From contig JAQFVV010000006.1 in assembly GCA_028023455.1 (NCBI GenBank), forward strand, positions 10,850,001 through 10,914,000: a stretch of DNA of 64,000 nt. Direction: 5' to 3'. The notes below the pieces were generated by a model. It was not told the DNA's origin. It saw nothing but the letters and a program-made list of their open reading frames with translations, and did no database searches. The position numbers and the translations under genes were made by a program. Shown here in pieces: positions 11,766 through 25,019 of this stretch. The stretch comes from Epiperipatus broadwayi. Lineage: Eukaryota; Animalia; Onychophora. The first letter of the stretch is position 1, and every line of letters begins with the position of its first letter.

Positions 11766-13417
11766 TCACATGTTCTAAATCTTGGTTGTTAAGGCAATAT
11801 CTAATTCAACATAATATATTATTATGATGTAGGATTACAAATATTTCTTCATCCATTAGAAAACTTACTACGTTGCAGATATTTAGATTTTCTCCATGCA
11901 AACTAGCTGAGCACCTGATGAATTTTTTTATTGTAGTAACAACTTATGCCATAAGATAAATACATATGTGTCCAGGGTATTTCGAAGTCTGAATCCATAA
12001 TTTGCTTTGTATCTTGATTTTTTGTGCGTGTGTGTAACCTAATCTTGTTTTTTTTTCTTATTTATCAGTCTCAGTAAGAATTCTAAGCCTCCAATTTTTA
12101 TAATAACTCAAAAGTAATAAATAACAATACTAAAACGGTATATTCAGAGAAAACATCGAAATTATTTAAATATCTAATTCAAAACCTTGACAAAAAATAA
12201 AAATTAAGTCATTTGCTTTATTTGATGAATAATAAAAGAGCCATTGATACAAATTATAAATGAAATAAATATTCAAAGAGCAGTATTAATATTAGTATTT
12301 AAAGAAATAGATAAAAACTGTTCTTAAATTTTAATGTTAGACAATTTTTAATTTTGGACCTCATATATATTTAATAAAGCTTAAATTTCTGGCTTTTTGT
12401 TTTGTTTTGGTTTTGCTTTAACTAAATTTTGTTATAAAATTATATATAAGAAAACATAAACGTTTATATGCAGGTTTTATTGTAATAATAATTGTCATTG
12501 TGTAGTTTGTAATATAATGACAATTTTGATTTATTATCAGATTTTACAGTTGATGAATGTACCATAAAGATATCACGTTTCTGATTAAGCATCATATTAC
12601 CTTTCCTTATAATTTCTATCTCCAGACTAGTTTCTAGCTTATCACCTTGCATTAGGGAGGAGATTTTTTGAACTTTCGTGAACAGTGCACTTGCATATTT
12701 CAATCTAATGCACTTTCCTCCAATAACCATTTTTGAACTTTTTGCTATGCTATCAAAGTATGAGCACATATTCAAAAACATGTTTTCAAACCAAGCCTAT
12801 TTGCTTCCATAGCTATATATAGATCTAAAAGCGGTTCATTTTCTATATATTATGGTAACCTTAGTTTTTTAATAATCTTACGCACTTTTATTTTTCGGAC
12901 AGAATTAGTACAAACCATTAACCATCATCAGATCACCAAAACATCACCTGACATTAGCTTACACATATATTGCTATTTATCATCAAAATATTTTATTCTC
13001 TACTGTCTTGTTTAAATTTTACTAGTAAATAGACGTCAGATAATAGTGTTTTTAAATTCTTGTTCAATGCCATTTATGGCTTTCATCATTGAGGAATTTT
13101 TTAGATTTTTTAACCAGTGTACATGATCTTTGGCTCTAATGCACATTTCCTGTAGTAGCTTTTTTTTTTTTTACTTTTTGTTATACTGCCAAGCTATCGG
13201 TTCAAACCAAAAAACTTAATTGTTTGTTTAAATTTAAATCAGTTCGCTTGCATTTTGTAGATAATGAAATCAGTTCAACTTCTGTTATATTATGGTAGCC
13301 TTTATTTTTTTTAATAACTGTAGGCGGTTTCAATATTTAGCCATAAATGATTCTGTACTGTCAAACAATATATGACTAACTAGTCCATAGCTTGCTATTT
13401 ATATATATATTTTTCTT

Positions 13418-13518
13418 ATATGTCGTAGCATCGGCCGGGACGCGAACCCACAACCGTCTGCAACCAACTACTTGCTTGCAAAGCGGATGCGATGACCTCT
13501 CGGCTAACAACGCCTGAC
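13418..13518 (-). mobile_element. tRNA-Gly-derived SINE (long subtype)
   Basis: Minus strand GCGTTGTTAGCCGAGAGG...GGTTCGCGTCCCGGCCGATGC with A- and B-box-like motifs. Confidence 0.8.
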
Positions 13519-13849
13519 GTGTTGTATAGGGATTTTTAATCACCTCCATCTGTTTTCTATTGATTACTAAAGTTTATACAAGATGACATTAAAAGGAGGA
13601 AAATAGAATGGAATATTGATCAGATTGTTTTTAAATAGTTTACTTTGATCGTGATTGATATTCTTCCAGTTCTATTTGCATCTTAGGTTCAAATAATTTT
13701 AATATGTATGCAACAATTAAGCTATTGTTGAGTTAAAGTTTTTTACATATTTCAGTCAATAGTTGCATGTCCGACTGACTTGTTCAGAGAGCAGTTACAT
13801 CACCAGTACATCCATTTGCCACTATTCCGTTCTCTTCATTACCCCGTTC

Positions 13850-14590
13850 TTCAATTTTAAGTAACTCTTCCACATATATCATTCAATAATGTCAACCTTT
13901 CCCATCCTTTCTTTTTGTTTCCACTCATCATTCTCTTCAAAAAATCTTTCACTAGCCCATACTTTCTTTTTAATAAATGTCCAATCCAGTTTCTCTTTCT
14001 ATTTCTAACTTCTTCAATCAATCTTTTTTCATTTACTCTTTTTAAAACTTCATTTGTTATCATATTCATCCAATTAAATTTTTCTATCCTCCTCTGTGAC
14101 CATATGTCAAAAGCTTCCACTCTGGTTCTATTTTTATTACTCAGTGTCCACATTTAGCAGCCATACAATAGTGCACTCCACATATAACATTTAATTAATC
14201 TTTTCCTTAATTATTTCTTTAAAGATCCACAAAATATTTTCTTTCTTTTAGTAAACACCCCCTGTGCCAATGCTGTTTTTCTTTTAACTTCATATTCACT
14301 TTTTCCACCCTCACTCAATCAACTATCCAAATATTCAAATTTCTTTATCTGTTGAACTATGTTATCATAGATTTCAATCTTCAGATTTCTTGTACTTCTC
14401 TCTATCCATAAACAATTAGTCTTTTCAACATTAATCTTTATTATATATTCTGTATATTCTTCCTTCAATTTATTCAACATATTCTAAATATATTTTTCAT
14501 CCTTGGCTATAAGAGTTTTATTCAACATATTCTGAAGATATTTTTCATCCTTAGTTATAAGAGTTGTATCACCTACAAATATTATATATT
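13850..14590 (-). mobile_element. RTE-clade LINE 3' fragment (different subfamily from the main RTE)
   Basis: ORF 13857..14153 (FNWMNMITNEVLKRVNEKRLIEEVRNRKRNWIGHLL) matches the RTE C-terminal pattern. An upstream decayed RT segment carries an internal about 50-bp duplication (14469-14566). Confidence 0.7.
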
Positions 14591-15894
14591 TTATTATTTT
14601 GTAAATGTTTATAGCTTAAATTATTGAAATGTTTATCCATGGGTCTTTATATGTCTTTAAAGTTTTTGTAGTTCATTTTGCTTGAACTATCCTATTAATC
14701 TTGTCTATATGTTGGAAATCTTTGTATGTAAACAAACATTAATTTAATTAAAGACTAAATTTATCTTTGGGAATTGTCTTTTAATTTGGATTGGCAAAAT
14801 GATTGAACTAAACTCTTGAGGTTTTTATTTTATTATATTCTGATCTTGATATAAGATATATTTTGTTAGAGTTATATTATACTTAGAGCCTCTTTTTATT
14901 GATAGTTGTTTATATATTATAATCACACACCCAATGTATATTTTTTGGTATGGTATTAATTTTGTATAGCGTTTTTGCAATTTCATAAGTTTGTAAGGTC
15001 GGAATGTTCTAAGTTTGTTTATAATTTTATCTACTGATAACAGCGTTTAAGCATTTACTTAACTCTATTTTTGGTAAGGAGATAAAAGTCCTTAGAAAAT
15101 CTTTGGAATTCATAAAATATTTTCTGCTAATTTGCTGATTACACGAGAGACTATGGTAATGAATCAAATCGAAAACGATTCAAAGGTCAATAATGGTATC
15201 ATCAATAAACTGTTAAATTAAATATTATGCAGCTCAGATAAAAGAAATATAATCCATAGATTGTTAAATTTTTTTATTAACATATTTAAAGAGCAAATGC
15301 AGATGCTTCCAGTGCCCTCTGGTATATCCTTCTTGATACAAAGGATTCAGCAATTCTGCTATAAAACATTAAACATCACATGAACACTGAGGGACACTAC
15401 TGTATGGAGAGTTTAATTCTATAGTTTTTCATTGCTACTGTAGTATTAGATATTCATCTATATTAGCTGGCTTAATAATTATTTTTAAAAATCCCCATTT
15501 TCTGAATAAAATGCTCCTTTGGAATCAATTTTAATGGCATAATCATAAATTAAATTTCAATTCGTTTACTTAAATGATTGCTCACTATTGTCTTTGGTTA
15601 TATGAGGAGATTTACCACCTTTTATTGCAAGAAAACCCTTAAAGAGTTTGGATATCATTGAAGAATTCTGATTAAGATCTTGGGACCTATCTCTTCTATT
15701 GTGAAAGGTCCTAAAACATCAAAATTTTGAATTTTCTAATTTAGTAGCTTTTTAACACACACTACTGTTTATGTGAAACAGTAACACCCATGATGTAAAA
15801 ATGTTACTATAATGCCAGATGATGTAATAAGTTTGCATATCTTAGATAGTATGGAGTCATTGAATAAAGTTCTTATTCTCATATGTATTGCTTA

Positions 15895-15990
15895 TAATAC
15901 TTCATTCATATACACTTTAATGCAATTAATTTTTTTAAAAACTTCTTTATTTTCTTACAGTTTCGACTGTCCCGCAGTCTTCATCAGAGC
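15895..15990 (-). ncRNA. Family D solo copy with minimal hammerhead-like motif (15954-15989)
   Basis: Minus strand reads CU CUGAUGA A GACUG-cggga-CAGUC GAAAC U GUA AG. Stem II differs from the 1073 copy by a compensatory U-A to C-G change. Confidence 0.45.
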
Positions 15991-16454
15991 TACAAGATTT
16001 GAATAATTATAAATACATAATCATCATTATGTATTCTTTGAGAAACACTTTTCTGTCTTAAAATAAAGTTGTTTTTTTTTTGTTAACCATATTGTTAATT
16101 GTTTGAGAATTTTGGATGGTCTTAAGATTTGTTTCCAATATAGCAAGGATATGTTTATCAACTTATATCTTTGCTATTTATTTCTTCTTTGAGTTATACA
16201 CTGTTGGTATTACCTTTCTATATATGATTCCTGTTTTTTTTTCAAAATTCTCATTGCTTTTGATACATTTTTAAACAGGATAGAATAGCATTATCCATAA
16301 TGGGCTAATGATGTTGTTTTGGCGGATCTGCTGATACCGATGATTGTTAACATTTTGTAGATAATTTACTATCTAGCTGTTGGGTCTGAACCTGGATAAG
16401 ATGTAGGTTATGCATCTGTGGTTGTTTGTTTAGTTTGACTGTGTGTTGGCAATA

Positions 16455-16800
16455 AAATACTGCCATCTAGTGCAAACCTTAGTAATTAATAGATGCCAAA
16501 ATATTTACACATTACTCATCCAATATCTCCATATTAGTTCTAGCTTATGGCTATCATCAATAAGGAATCTTGGATCTAAGAGCACTGCACCTAGATCGTT
16601 AGATCCAATGTATCCCTCAAGCAACTCTCTTTTACCTATTTAATCAACTAAAAAGTGATAAACCCAAACTTAAAACACAATAATGTTTTCTATCCAAGCT
16701 AATTTGCTTATATAGTCACAAAGATATGAACCCACTTTAGTATCTATATATTTTGGGTTTTTGACATCTATTGATTCTTATATCTTGCACTATATGGCAA
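16455..16800 (-). mobile_element. Family A single arm with decayed hammerhead (about 16527-16565)
   Basis: Homologous to 4100-4400. Minus strand TTGATGA TAGC-cataa-GCTA GAAC, and the terminal CACTAGATGGCAG motif. Confidence 0.7.
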
Positions 16801-17129
16801 TATTGTTTGGAAAGAATTGCTATTATTTTAATACTTTGGGCACGGAAAAGAAGTAGTGATCATGTGATCTTTATATATAGTCTAAGTATCATTTCTTAGT
16901 TCTTCAAATTTGATCTATGCATGAGGGTGTCAAATGAGTGAATCTGAACTAATAATTTGTTAGAATTATGTTTGAAAATTTAATCAGTTGTTGGTAAAGT
17001 CTTGCTTGAAATACTCTTCTTTTTATATTACATTTATAATGCAATATGGACGGTTTTATGTTTAATTTAGCAGTAATTATTCCATGTTTGTCTGACACTC
17101 CTTGTTAAATTTATGTATTTAGTGTATGG

Positions 17130-18150
17130 ATTTAGATAACTGTTAATAAGATATCATAAAGAAAGTAGAGATTCTAACCAAAAGATAGATTCACTGGTGG
17201 TTTCATCAAATCCTTCAATTTTATCACTGTAGTCATAAATCTGGCAGTCATTAACAATGTGGTTCATATCATGCATTTGCCTAAATTTTCAAAGATCCCT
17301 GGCTGATATTTATTAAGCAGATCAACCCATCGACCATGAGTTGTCCTGAATCTGCTGTTGAGACCCTGATTATGTTTAGGAAGAAGGAAGTTTATTTGGA
17401 ATCTCATAAGAATTCAGTTTTTTTTTTACTCTATAAGTCTTAAACAGTTATCGAAAGATTTGCCAGTATTGATAAAGTTCTTGATTTAATAATAGAGCAT
17501 GCAGTTATTAGATAATGTGGGCTTAGATGAAGTCATGAAATAATTTTGAAGAAGATTGCTGGGGCACTTGAAACCATCTTAGTGGGTTACAACAAAGCAT
17601 TGTCAAAAGTAATAAAGAACATAGATGATATTAATATTATATGGATTTGGAAATGCATAAGAAAGATAAAATTTCCTGGTAACACGTGCATGTCATTGTA
17701 TTTCGAGTTTACTCTATCAGTTATATTCTCAATATTGTTTACTATCCATATTTCCTATGTTAATTGTTCACTTATTAGAGATCGGTATATAATTGTACCC
17801 AAGTGTGTGGAATAATTTTATTCCTATGCTAAAGGATTGTTTTATTTCCTCCGTAGGATTATATCCGAAACTGTGATCTTGGTATCTGATATTAAAATCA
17901 AAACGTGATTTATTGCATAAATTTTTGAGCAGAGAGTTTACATCCTGTATCTGGAAAACACCTAATTTATTTAAGAATTACTGACTTTTGAAGGTGGTTT
18001 TGTAGATCGTTGTTTATTACTGAATCAATAATAGAAGTATTTGTAGAGATTGTAATCATTTTGCATTGCCTCCTGGGAGATTTTTTCTTTCTATAGTGTT
18101 TTCAACATACATAAATTTCTGATTCAAACCTAATATGTGAATTATCATAA
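17130..18150 (-). mobile_element. Ingi/Vingi-like LINE remnant (RT C-terminus and CCHC region)
   Basis: Minus-strand fragments RFRTTHGR..DLLNK and MNHIVNDCQIY......FWLESL resemble LNRLRTGHGR / QT..HIV..C...WL..L. HLG.IIYRSL resembles YLGVTLDRTL. Confidence 0.5.
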
Positions 18151-19257
18151 TTCGACCGGGCTGCTGAGCCAATTATGGCTCTTTGAGCATGCTACTCTGG
18201 CTCTCCGCCGAATATTTAAACAATATTAATTTACAATAACAAGATATTACTCTTTGAAAGTTCCCCGCGCGCTTCGGTTCATGCCGCAATTCGTCTTCAG
18301 CCGATGTTGAGTGAGTAATAACGCACGAATTAATTTTAGTTAATTTTACCGCCTAGTTACTTATTCATTTATTATTTTATGTTACTGCCTGATGCTTGTA
18401 TTCAATTAAAAACTTATGCATTTGGATTTTGCCGACATATTTTTGCGGACATTTTCGAACACGAATTTTATTAAAAATAGACTAAGAAATCAGATGAAGG
18501 GATGAGTCTGCCATCTTGTTTGAAAATGAAAGTGACGTCACATTTATCGTAGTTTGACGCACTTTCTCGAGAAATTCATCAACAAAAATCTCATTAGAAA
18601 TTATCCATTGTTCTTATTTTCTTGCTGAAGTATATATTTTAATTTCATTATTCATACAAGTTAAATATATTTATGAAACATTTGAAACTCCAGCATATTG
18701 TCTGACCAAAGAAAAAAGCCAATTTATATAGAAGAATGTTTAAAATCACTCATTTTTTACTTTAATAATTATACTTTATAATTATAATTACGACTAGCGT
18801 AACATTGATAATAAACAATTGAATTGCAGTGTATTTTACTACAGCACTTTAAACAAAGTACAAATTAACTCATTTTAACAAAATAAAAATGCTTCAGGTT
18901 CAATTTTCAAAAATATATAGTTCATAATTCAAGTTGCTGACTTACGGCTCAGTAGGTTTTACTTTGGTAAATATAATTCTAAAAATAGCTCTTTACAAAA
19001 AAAAAGGTTGCCGACGCCTGATATAGATGAATTGAATTTTAAATTTATTATGATATGGGAAAGTCCTAGGTGCAATATGGTTGATTTCATTATTTTCGAA
19101 ATAACTGTGATTGGCATTTGTTCTTTAATTAACCGGTGTAACAATTACATCTGTATCTTTGCTCTTTTTTAAAATTTATCAGTAGGGCCTCTTAAGAAAT
19201 GTTGCGAATTTAAGACTAAATACTGGACTTAAGCTCCCTTTCAATTTTAAATGTGAT

Positions 19258-19955
19258 AGTCATCAGTCATTATCAATCCACTGCAGGATGAAGGTCTCTC
19301 CAAGTTCAATCCACCTTCTTCGATCTTTAGCTTCTCTTCTCCACATCACCCCTGCATACTTTCTTATTTCATTCATCCATCTCACATGTGGTCTCTTTCT
19401 GGGTCTTTTACAATCTCTTGAAATCCAGTTTAAGATTTCAATTATCATCTCTTCTAGCAATATGTCTAGGCAAACTCCAGTTTTTAAATTTTTTCAATGA
19501 GGTCAGTAACCCCTGTTTGTTCTCTTACCACATATTGCGTTTTTCTATCTCTTCTTGTTACTCCTAACATACATCTCTCCATACTTCTTTGAGTGGTCTG
19601 AAGCCTCTGTATTGTTCTTCTATTAAGTGTCCAAGTCTCAGATCCATTAGTAAGAACTGGTAAAACACACCTTTTCAAACACATAGGCATATTTTTTTTA
19701 GAATCAGGTTATTTCTACCAAAAGCACTTCAACCAAGTTTAATTCTATGATTAATTTAATCCATTATGTTTCCATCTGTATTAATAATCTTACCAAGGTA
19801 TTTGTAGCTGTTACCTTCTTCTAACTCATCATAATCAATCTTTATTTTCATATTTTGAAAAAATCCATTGAACATTACTTTAGTCTTTTTAACATTTATC
19901 TTTAGTCCTACTTTTCTACTTTCATCTGATAACTCCTGCAATATTTCTTGTAGCT
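19258..19955 (-). mobile_element. RTE LINE 5'-truncated copy
   Basis: ORFs 19263..19460, 19484..19690 and 19756..19941 match the RTE RT C-terminus (GSETWTLN, W.GH). The 3' end matches the other copies. Confidence 0.9.
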
Positions 19956-20342
19956 TTAAACGGCATGTCTCGTAAATGATTCTTCACCCTTTACGTCACA
20001 TATATGCAATATACACCTAGATATAAGTTGAATAAAAAGATAAAGGAATCTCTACGTTTAATTTAATTGTAATAATTTAATAATTCAAAAACAAAAGCAA
20101 GAGCAAAATGTAATACTGTCATTCAAATTAAATCATCACATAATACATAGATTCAGAAATCATTGTAGATCAACCAACAAAACACAAATTATAAATGTAC
20201 TGCCTCAAATAAATCATGAGCCCTCACCTAGACACCAACTATTTTTATAATAATTAAACAATTTAAATTAATATTTCATAAACTATTACTGTGCTATTAT
20301 TTCGCTGTATTGCAGTTTTATTGTACAGTATATGTACAATAA

Positions 20343-20938
20343 AACAGTTTCAAATACCTTGGTCAGATTATTAATACAGATGGAAGCATAATGGAGGAAA
20401 TTAATCATAGAATTAAACTTGGTTGGAGTGCTTTTGGTAGAAATAACTTGATACTAAAAGGAAATATGCCTATGTGTTTGAAAAGGATAGTTTTTAACAA
20501 ATGTGTTTTACCAGTTCTTACTTATGGATCTGAGACTTGGACACTTAATAGAAGAGCAATAGAGAGACTTCAGACCACTCAAAGGAGTATGGAGAGATGT
20601 ATGTTGGGAGTAACAAGAAGAGATCGAAAACGCAATGTATGGGTAAGACAACAAACAGGTGTTACTGACCTTATTGAAAAAATTAAAAGATTGAAATGGA
20701 GTTGGGCTGGACATATTGCTAGAAGAGATGATAATAGATGGACAATTGAAATTTTAAACTGGATTCCAAGAGATTGTAAAAGACCCAGAAAGAGACCACA
20801 TGTGAGATGGATGGATGAAATAAGAAAATGTGCAGGGGTGTTGTGAAGAAGAGAAGCTAAAGATCGGAGAAGATGGATTAAACTTGGAGAGACCTTCATC
20901 CTGCAGTGGATTGATAATGGTTGATGATGATGATGATA
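20343..20938 (+). mobile_element. RTE LINE 5'-truncated copy
   Basis: ORF 20391..20846 (CVLPVLTYGSETWTLN...KWSWAGHIARR) and a (GAT)n tail. Confidence 0.9.
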
Positions 20939-20964
20939 TGTTATTATATTCCATTCACTTTCAA

Positions 20965-21535
20965 ATCTTTTTCTATTATCTATTAGTAAATGTTGAATGT
21001 ATAGGGAATTTTAAACTTTATTTAAACTTCTCAAATACAAGCAACTTTGTTAGTAATAACATACAAATAGATAACCCAGGCTAGTAAATGCAGAATGTTT
21101 CTAATAGTATTATTCTTCACACTTCTTCAGGTGTTGCTGGCCTGACCAGTTACAGTATTCGAATAGGAATCGAACTAGCACTTCTAGATTGTCGAATATC
21201 GAATTTAAGGCACATGCTCTAACCAACTGAGCTATCCTTGGTTAGAACATTTGCCTTAATTCTATATTCGAGAATTTAAAGGTGCGAATTAAATTCCATA
21301 TTTAAGAATCTAAATGTGCGAATTCGACTCCTATGCTCCTATGCGAATACTGTTACTGCTCAGGTCAGCAACACCTGAAGAAGAGTGGAGAATAGTACTA
21401 CTCGAAATATTATGTAATTACTAACCTGTGTTGTCTATTTATGTGTTACTGCTAACAATTTGTTTGAATTTGAAAAGTTTAAATAAAATTTTAAATGTGC
21501 CATACATTAAACATTTACAGATAGATGATGGAAGA
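20965..21535. mobile_element. Family C foldback: two divergent tRNA-headed repeats with hammerhead-like cores
   Basis: About 570-bp inverted repeat centred near 21238. The minus arm begins GGATAGCTCAGTTGGTTAGAGC (A box) and has GTTCGATTCC (B box). The plus arm has CTGAAGA A GAGTGG..CTACTC GAAA at 21375-21407. Confidence 0.75.
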
Positions 21536-21549
21536 GCCCAACATATTTT

Positions 21550-21658
21550 TTTCCCATATGCCATAGCATCGGCCGGGAGGCAAACCCATAATCGTCTGCA
21601 AACAACTATTTCCTTGCAAGGCAGCTGCGCTGACCTCTCGGCTAAACAACGCTTGACA
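21550..21658 (-). mobile_element. tRNA-Gly-derived SINE with 15-bp TSD
   Basis: SINE body flanked by agcccaacatatttt at 21535-21549 and 21659-21673. Confidence 0.9.
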
Positions 21659-22313
21659 AGCCCAACATATTTTCACATCTAATATACAATCGTCACATAC
21701 TTTTAAGTAAATACTTTTAAACCTAATTTTTTTTTAAGTACGTGAAATTATAAATTTTATTAAACGCACATTATTATATTAAGTAATATTTACTAAGGCT
21801 GTAACCTTAGGAATAAGCGTCTGAAAAATAAGAGTAGTTAACTAATTGGTCAAGTGATTTATACTTTTATACTCCAAAGCAAAATCTAAATTTCGGTTCT
21901 CTTCCTGACACATTTATTAAAATAAAAGAAGAGTGAAAAAAAATCAGTATTAAAAAAAAAAAAAAAAAAGATAAATATTAAAATAAAAACAAACCGTGAT
22001 GTTATAAACTTGGGAGCCAATAGCATTCTCCGTAACAAACACTGGTCATTTAATTCAACAGCATAGTTAATTGGCTGACTGATTTACAAGCAAAATTTGC
22101 GCATGCAAATATGCAAATTTATTAAAAATCAGAGGTCAATTTAATTTATCTGGAAGTGGAAACGCCAATATCATTTCCAATTTTAGTTCAGTCAGGCTTT
22201 GATACAAATATTAAAAATTGATAAATAAAAAATCTAACCCAAGAAATTATGAAAAGACAGGCATATAATTGGCAGTTTTTAGCTTTCTTTACTATGAATG
22301 TTATTAATGTCAT

Positions 22314-22593
22314 CTATATGGGTAAGAGAACAAACAGTTGTTACTGACCTCATTGAAAAAATTCAAAGATTGAAGCGGAGTTGGGCTGGACATATTGCTA
22401 GAAGAGATGATAATAGATGGACAACTGAAATCTTAAACTGGATTCCAAGAGATTGTAAAAGACCCAGAAACAGACCACATGTGAGATGGATGGATGAAAT
22501 AAGAAAGTGTGCAGGGGTTATGTGGAGAAGAGATGGATTGAACTTGGAGAGACCTTCATCCTGCAGTGAATTGATAATGTTTGATGATAATGA
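22314..22593 (+). mobile_element. RTE LINE short 3' fragment
   Basis: ORF 22298..22609 (WVREQT...SWAGHIARRDDNRW) and a GAT-type tail. Confidence 0.85.
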
Positions 22594-24309
22594 TTTGGTT
22601 AAATTGTAATAAATGTTCTAGTTTTTGCTTTACAGGTCAGGCTATTTATTGCTTGATTTGGTATAAATCATCAATATAATGGGCATTTGTTATTAGATTG
22701 AACACTCTAAAGAACAATTAGATCCACAGTTTATGCCATCTAGTCCATATGGTATATGCTCAGATTGCAAAAGATGAACCGAAATGAAAGTTTGACCTGT
22801 AGTTGTAACTCTTCTACTTTCTACTTCTTTTTTTAAACTGTGATTTATAAATCAGACTATTTCTAGATTTAGACCAAATCATCAATTCGATGGAAAAGAT
22901 ATTTATTATTAGATTCAAAATATCAAAGGACAATTTGCTCCAGTAACTTGTTATTTAGTAGGTAAACTACATACTCAACACTTGGCCAATTATATAATAT
23001 TTAGAATCATTGCGATTTTCAGAAGTTCCAACTACTTTCTTAATAATTTCTACCTGTCTTCGTGAATTATGGTAATATTTTATGGCTACTATTGGATCAC
23101 CTTTCGATACAATGGTTAGATACGGTTAGTTGTTGTTCTGCAATCCAATTGATGTTGATTTATTTGGCAACTAGTATAACTCATTCTCTAAGCTTTTAAC
23201 AAACCGTAACTAAATACCCATCACGTTAAGTACCTGCATTCCTATACAAACAACCCCTCTCATTATTATTAATATATATATACCTTAAATCTTCTTAGTT
23301 TTGTATTTCCATTCCTACACAAGCAATCTCTCTCATTACCAATATATATATCTTAAATCTTTTTTGCTTCGTTTGTGAGGTTTTTCTTAATATATGGTGT
23401 TTAACAATTAAATTAATTGTCTTATTTTTCACAAAAAAAATTATATAACAAAGTTAAATTTATAGAAAACATCTACATTATTAGTTAATATTACTTCATA
23501 AAATATTTAACAGTAATAATTGTTTCTTTTCATTATCTGCAATAAAATTTTACAATAGTCAATTTGAATTATTAACCTTGTAATGGTCATCCCATTTTCC
23601 ATTGAACTCTAATTATTTAAATGGTTACTACCATGAATTATAATAACACATTTTGTTGCTCCCGTCAAGCATTCGAATTTTGATTTAAATTTTTAGATAT
23701 TTCCCCGAAATAATATTATTTTAAGAAATAACTTTCTTCCTCTTCCTTTTTCCGTCTTTCTATTTTTCTCCCCCCCCCCAACATAATTGTACACGTGACC
23801 ACGATGTTACACTATATTGAAATGATATAAACTATTCAAAAATGTCATCTATAAATTAAATATTTTGTTTATTGCAAAGAGTACTTACGTATTAGCCCGA
23901 TGGTGATGAAAGTCACAAATATGTATATAAAAGACCGAATTAAACATATTTATAATCTTCTAAAAAGGAAATGCGTTAATTGAAATATAGAAAACATGAA
24001 TGATCAGATTAAGGAATTGCAGAAAAAGATTCGTAACAAAGGTGAACAAATATTGTTAGAGAATAACTTTAGAGAATGTTCAGATGAAACTAGATTCAAA
24101 TAATGAGAGCAAATATAAAACTATGCAAAAATGAGTTTTTAGAAAAAACGAAAGAGTTAAATAGTAAGTAAAATATTACGATTTAAAGTATGTTGTGATG
24201 TCATGAAAAATGTTGACATGACTAATCGATCATCAGGTGAAAGTGAGGTGTACACATGTTTTTCAGTCCAGCTTTAATTCGATCCGAGTGAATTTTTGAG
24301 AGACTTTTT

Positions 24310-24412
24310 TTTTTTTTTTCCATGTGTCATATCATCGGCCGGGACGCGATCCCACAACCGTCTGCAACCAACTACTTGCTTGCAAGAAAGCTGCGATACC
24401 TCTCGGCTAACA
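24310..24412 (-). mobile_element. tRNA-Gly-derived SINE (long subtype) with poly(A) tail
   Basis: Homologous to 13418-13518. The T-run at 24305-24319 is the A tail on the minus strand. Confidence 0.8.
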
Positions 24413-24841
24413 AGAGAGAGTTTTTTTTCCAACGAAATAATTAAAATTTGGGAACTGTCCGCTAATAAATACTTGTGTAAAATCTCACCACCGCACTAAT
24501 ACGTAAGTACCACTTAAAGTTTTATATAAAACTACAGCTATATGCGGTTGTTGTAGAGTTGAAACTAAATTTATGATTAAAAAAAAACTAAATCGAAATA
24601 CTAAAACTAAATTTAATATGTGCAAACGCGCACGTGTATAATCACATAAATGTTAATACTGAAACAAATATCCGTGCATATATATGCATTTATATTTCAG
24701 ATATACATAAGACGCACACACACCTACTAGTAGTAGATTGAAAATGTACCTTTATTTTAATAACTTTAAGAAAAAATATTTTAAAGAAATATTTGTGTAG
24801 AATATCGGTTCAGAAATGTGGTTTTCATTAAAGATTTAATT

Positions 24842-25019
24842 AAATAATGCGGGAAATACTGAAAAACTCAGAGAGCTGGTACGCTGTCAGTGAGCATAAA
24901 ATATAGAGTGAGCCCGTGAGCCCAAATAAACTTTAGCTTTAATCGATATGCGTACACCATTTATTGACTGTTGTGTATATACAGCTCTCTGGAGGTTTTC
25001 AGTACTGCCCGCGTTATTT
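24842..25019. mobile_element. MITE-like element with about 37-bp imperfect terminal inverted repeats
   Basis: aaataatgcgggaaatactgaaaaactcagagagctg (24842-24878) versus cagctctctggaggttttcagtactgcccgcgttattt (24982-25019). Superfamily not assignable. Confidence 0.6.

Noticed and set aside
16000-16400. Apparent GIY-YIG motif (YIG-ETNLKT) just upstream of the family D hammerhead, which would have been an autonomous PLE remnant
   Set aside because: It needs a frameshift. The same bases read in one frame as VDKHILAILETNLK, preceded by an N.NS-like segment, which fits a LINE APE endonuclease start at least as well.
22700-23200. Possible P-element/THAP9 or MULE transposase remnant (KGQFAPVTCYLVGK)
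   Set aside because: Only one short loose resemblance, and I could not distinguish families or find termini.
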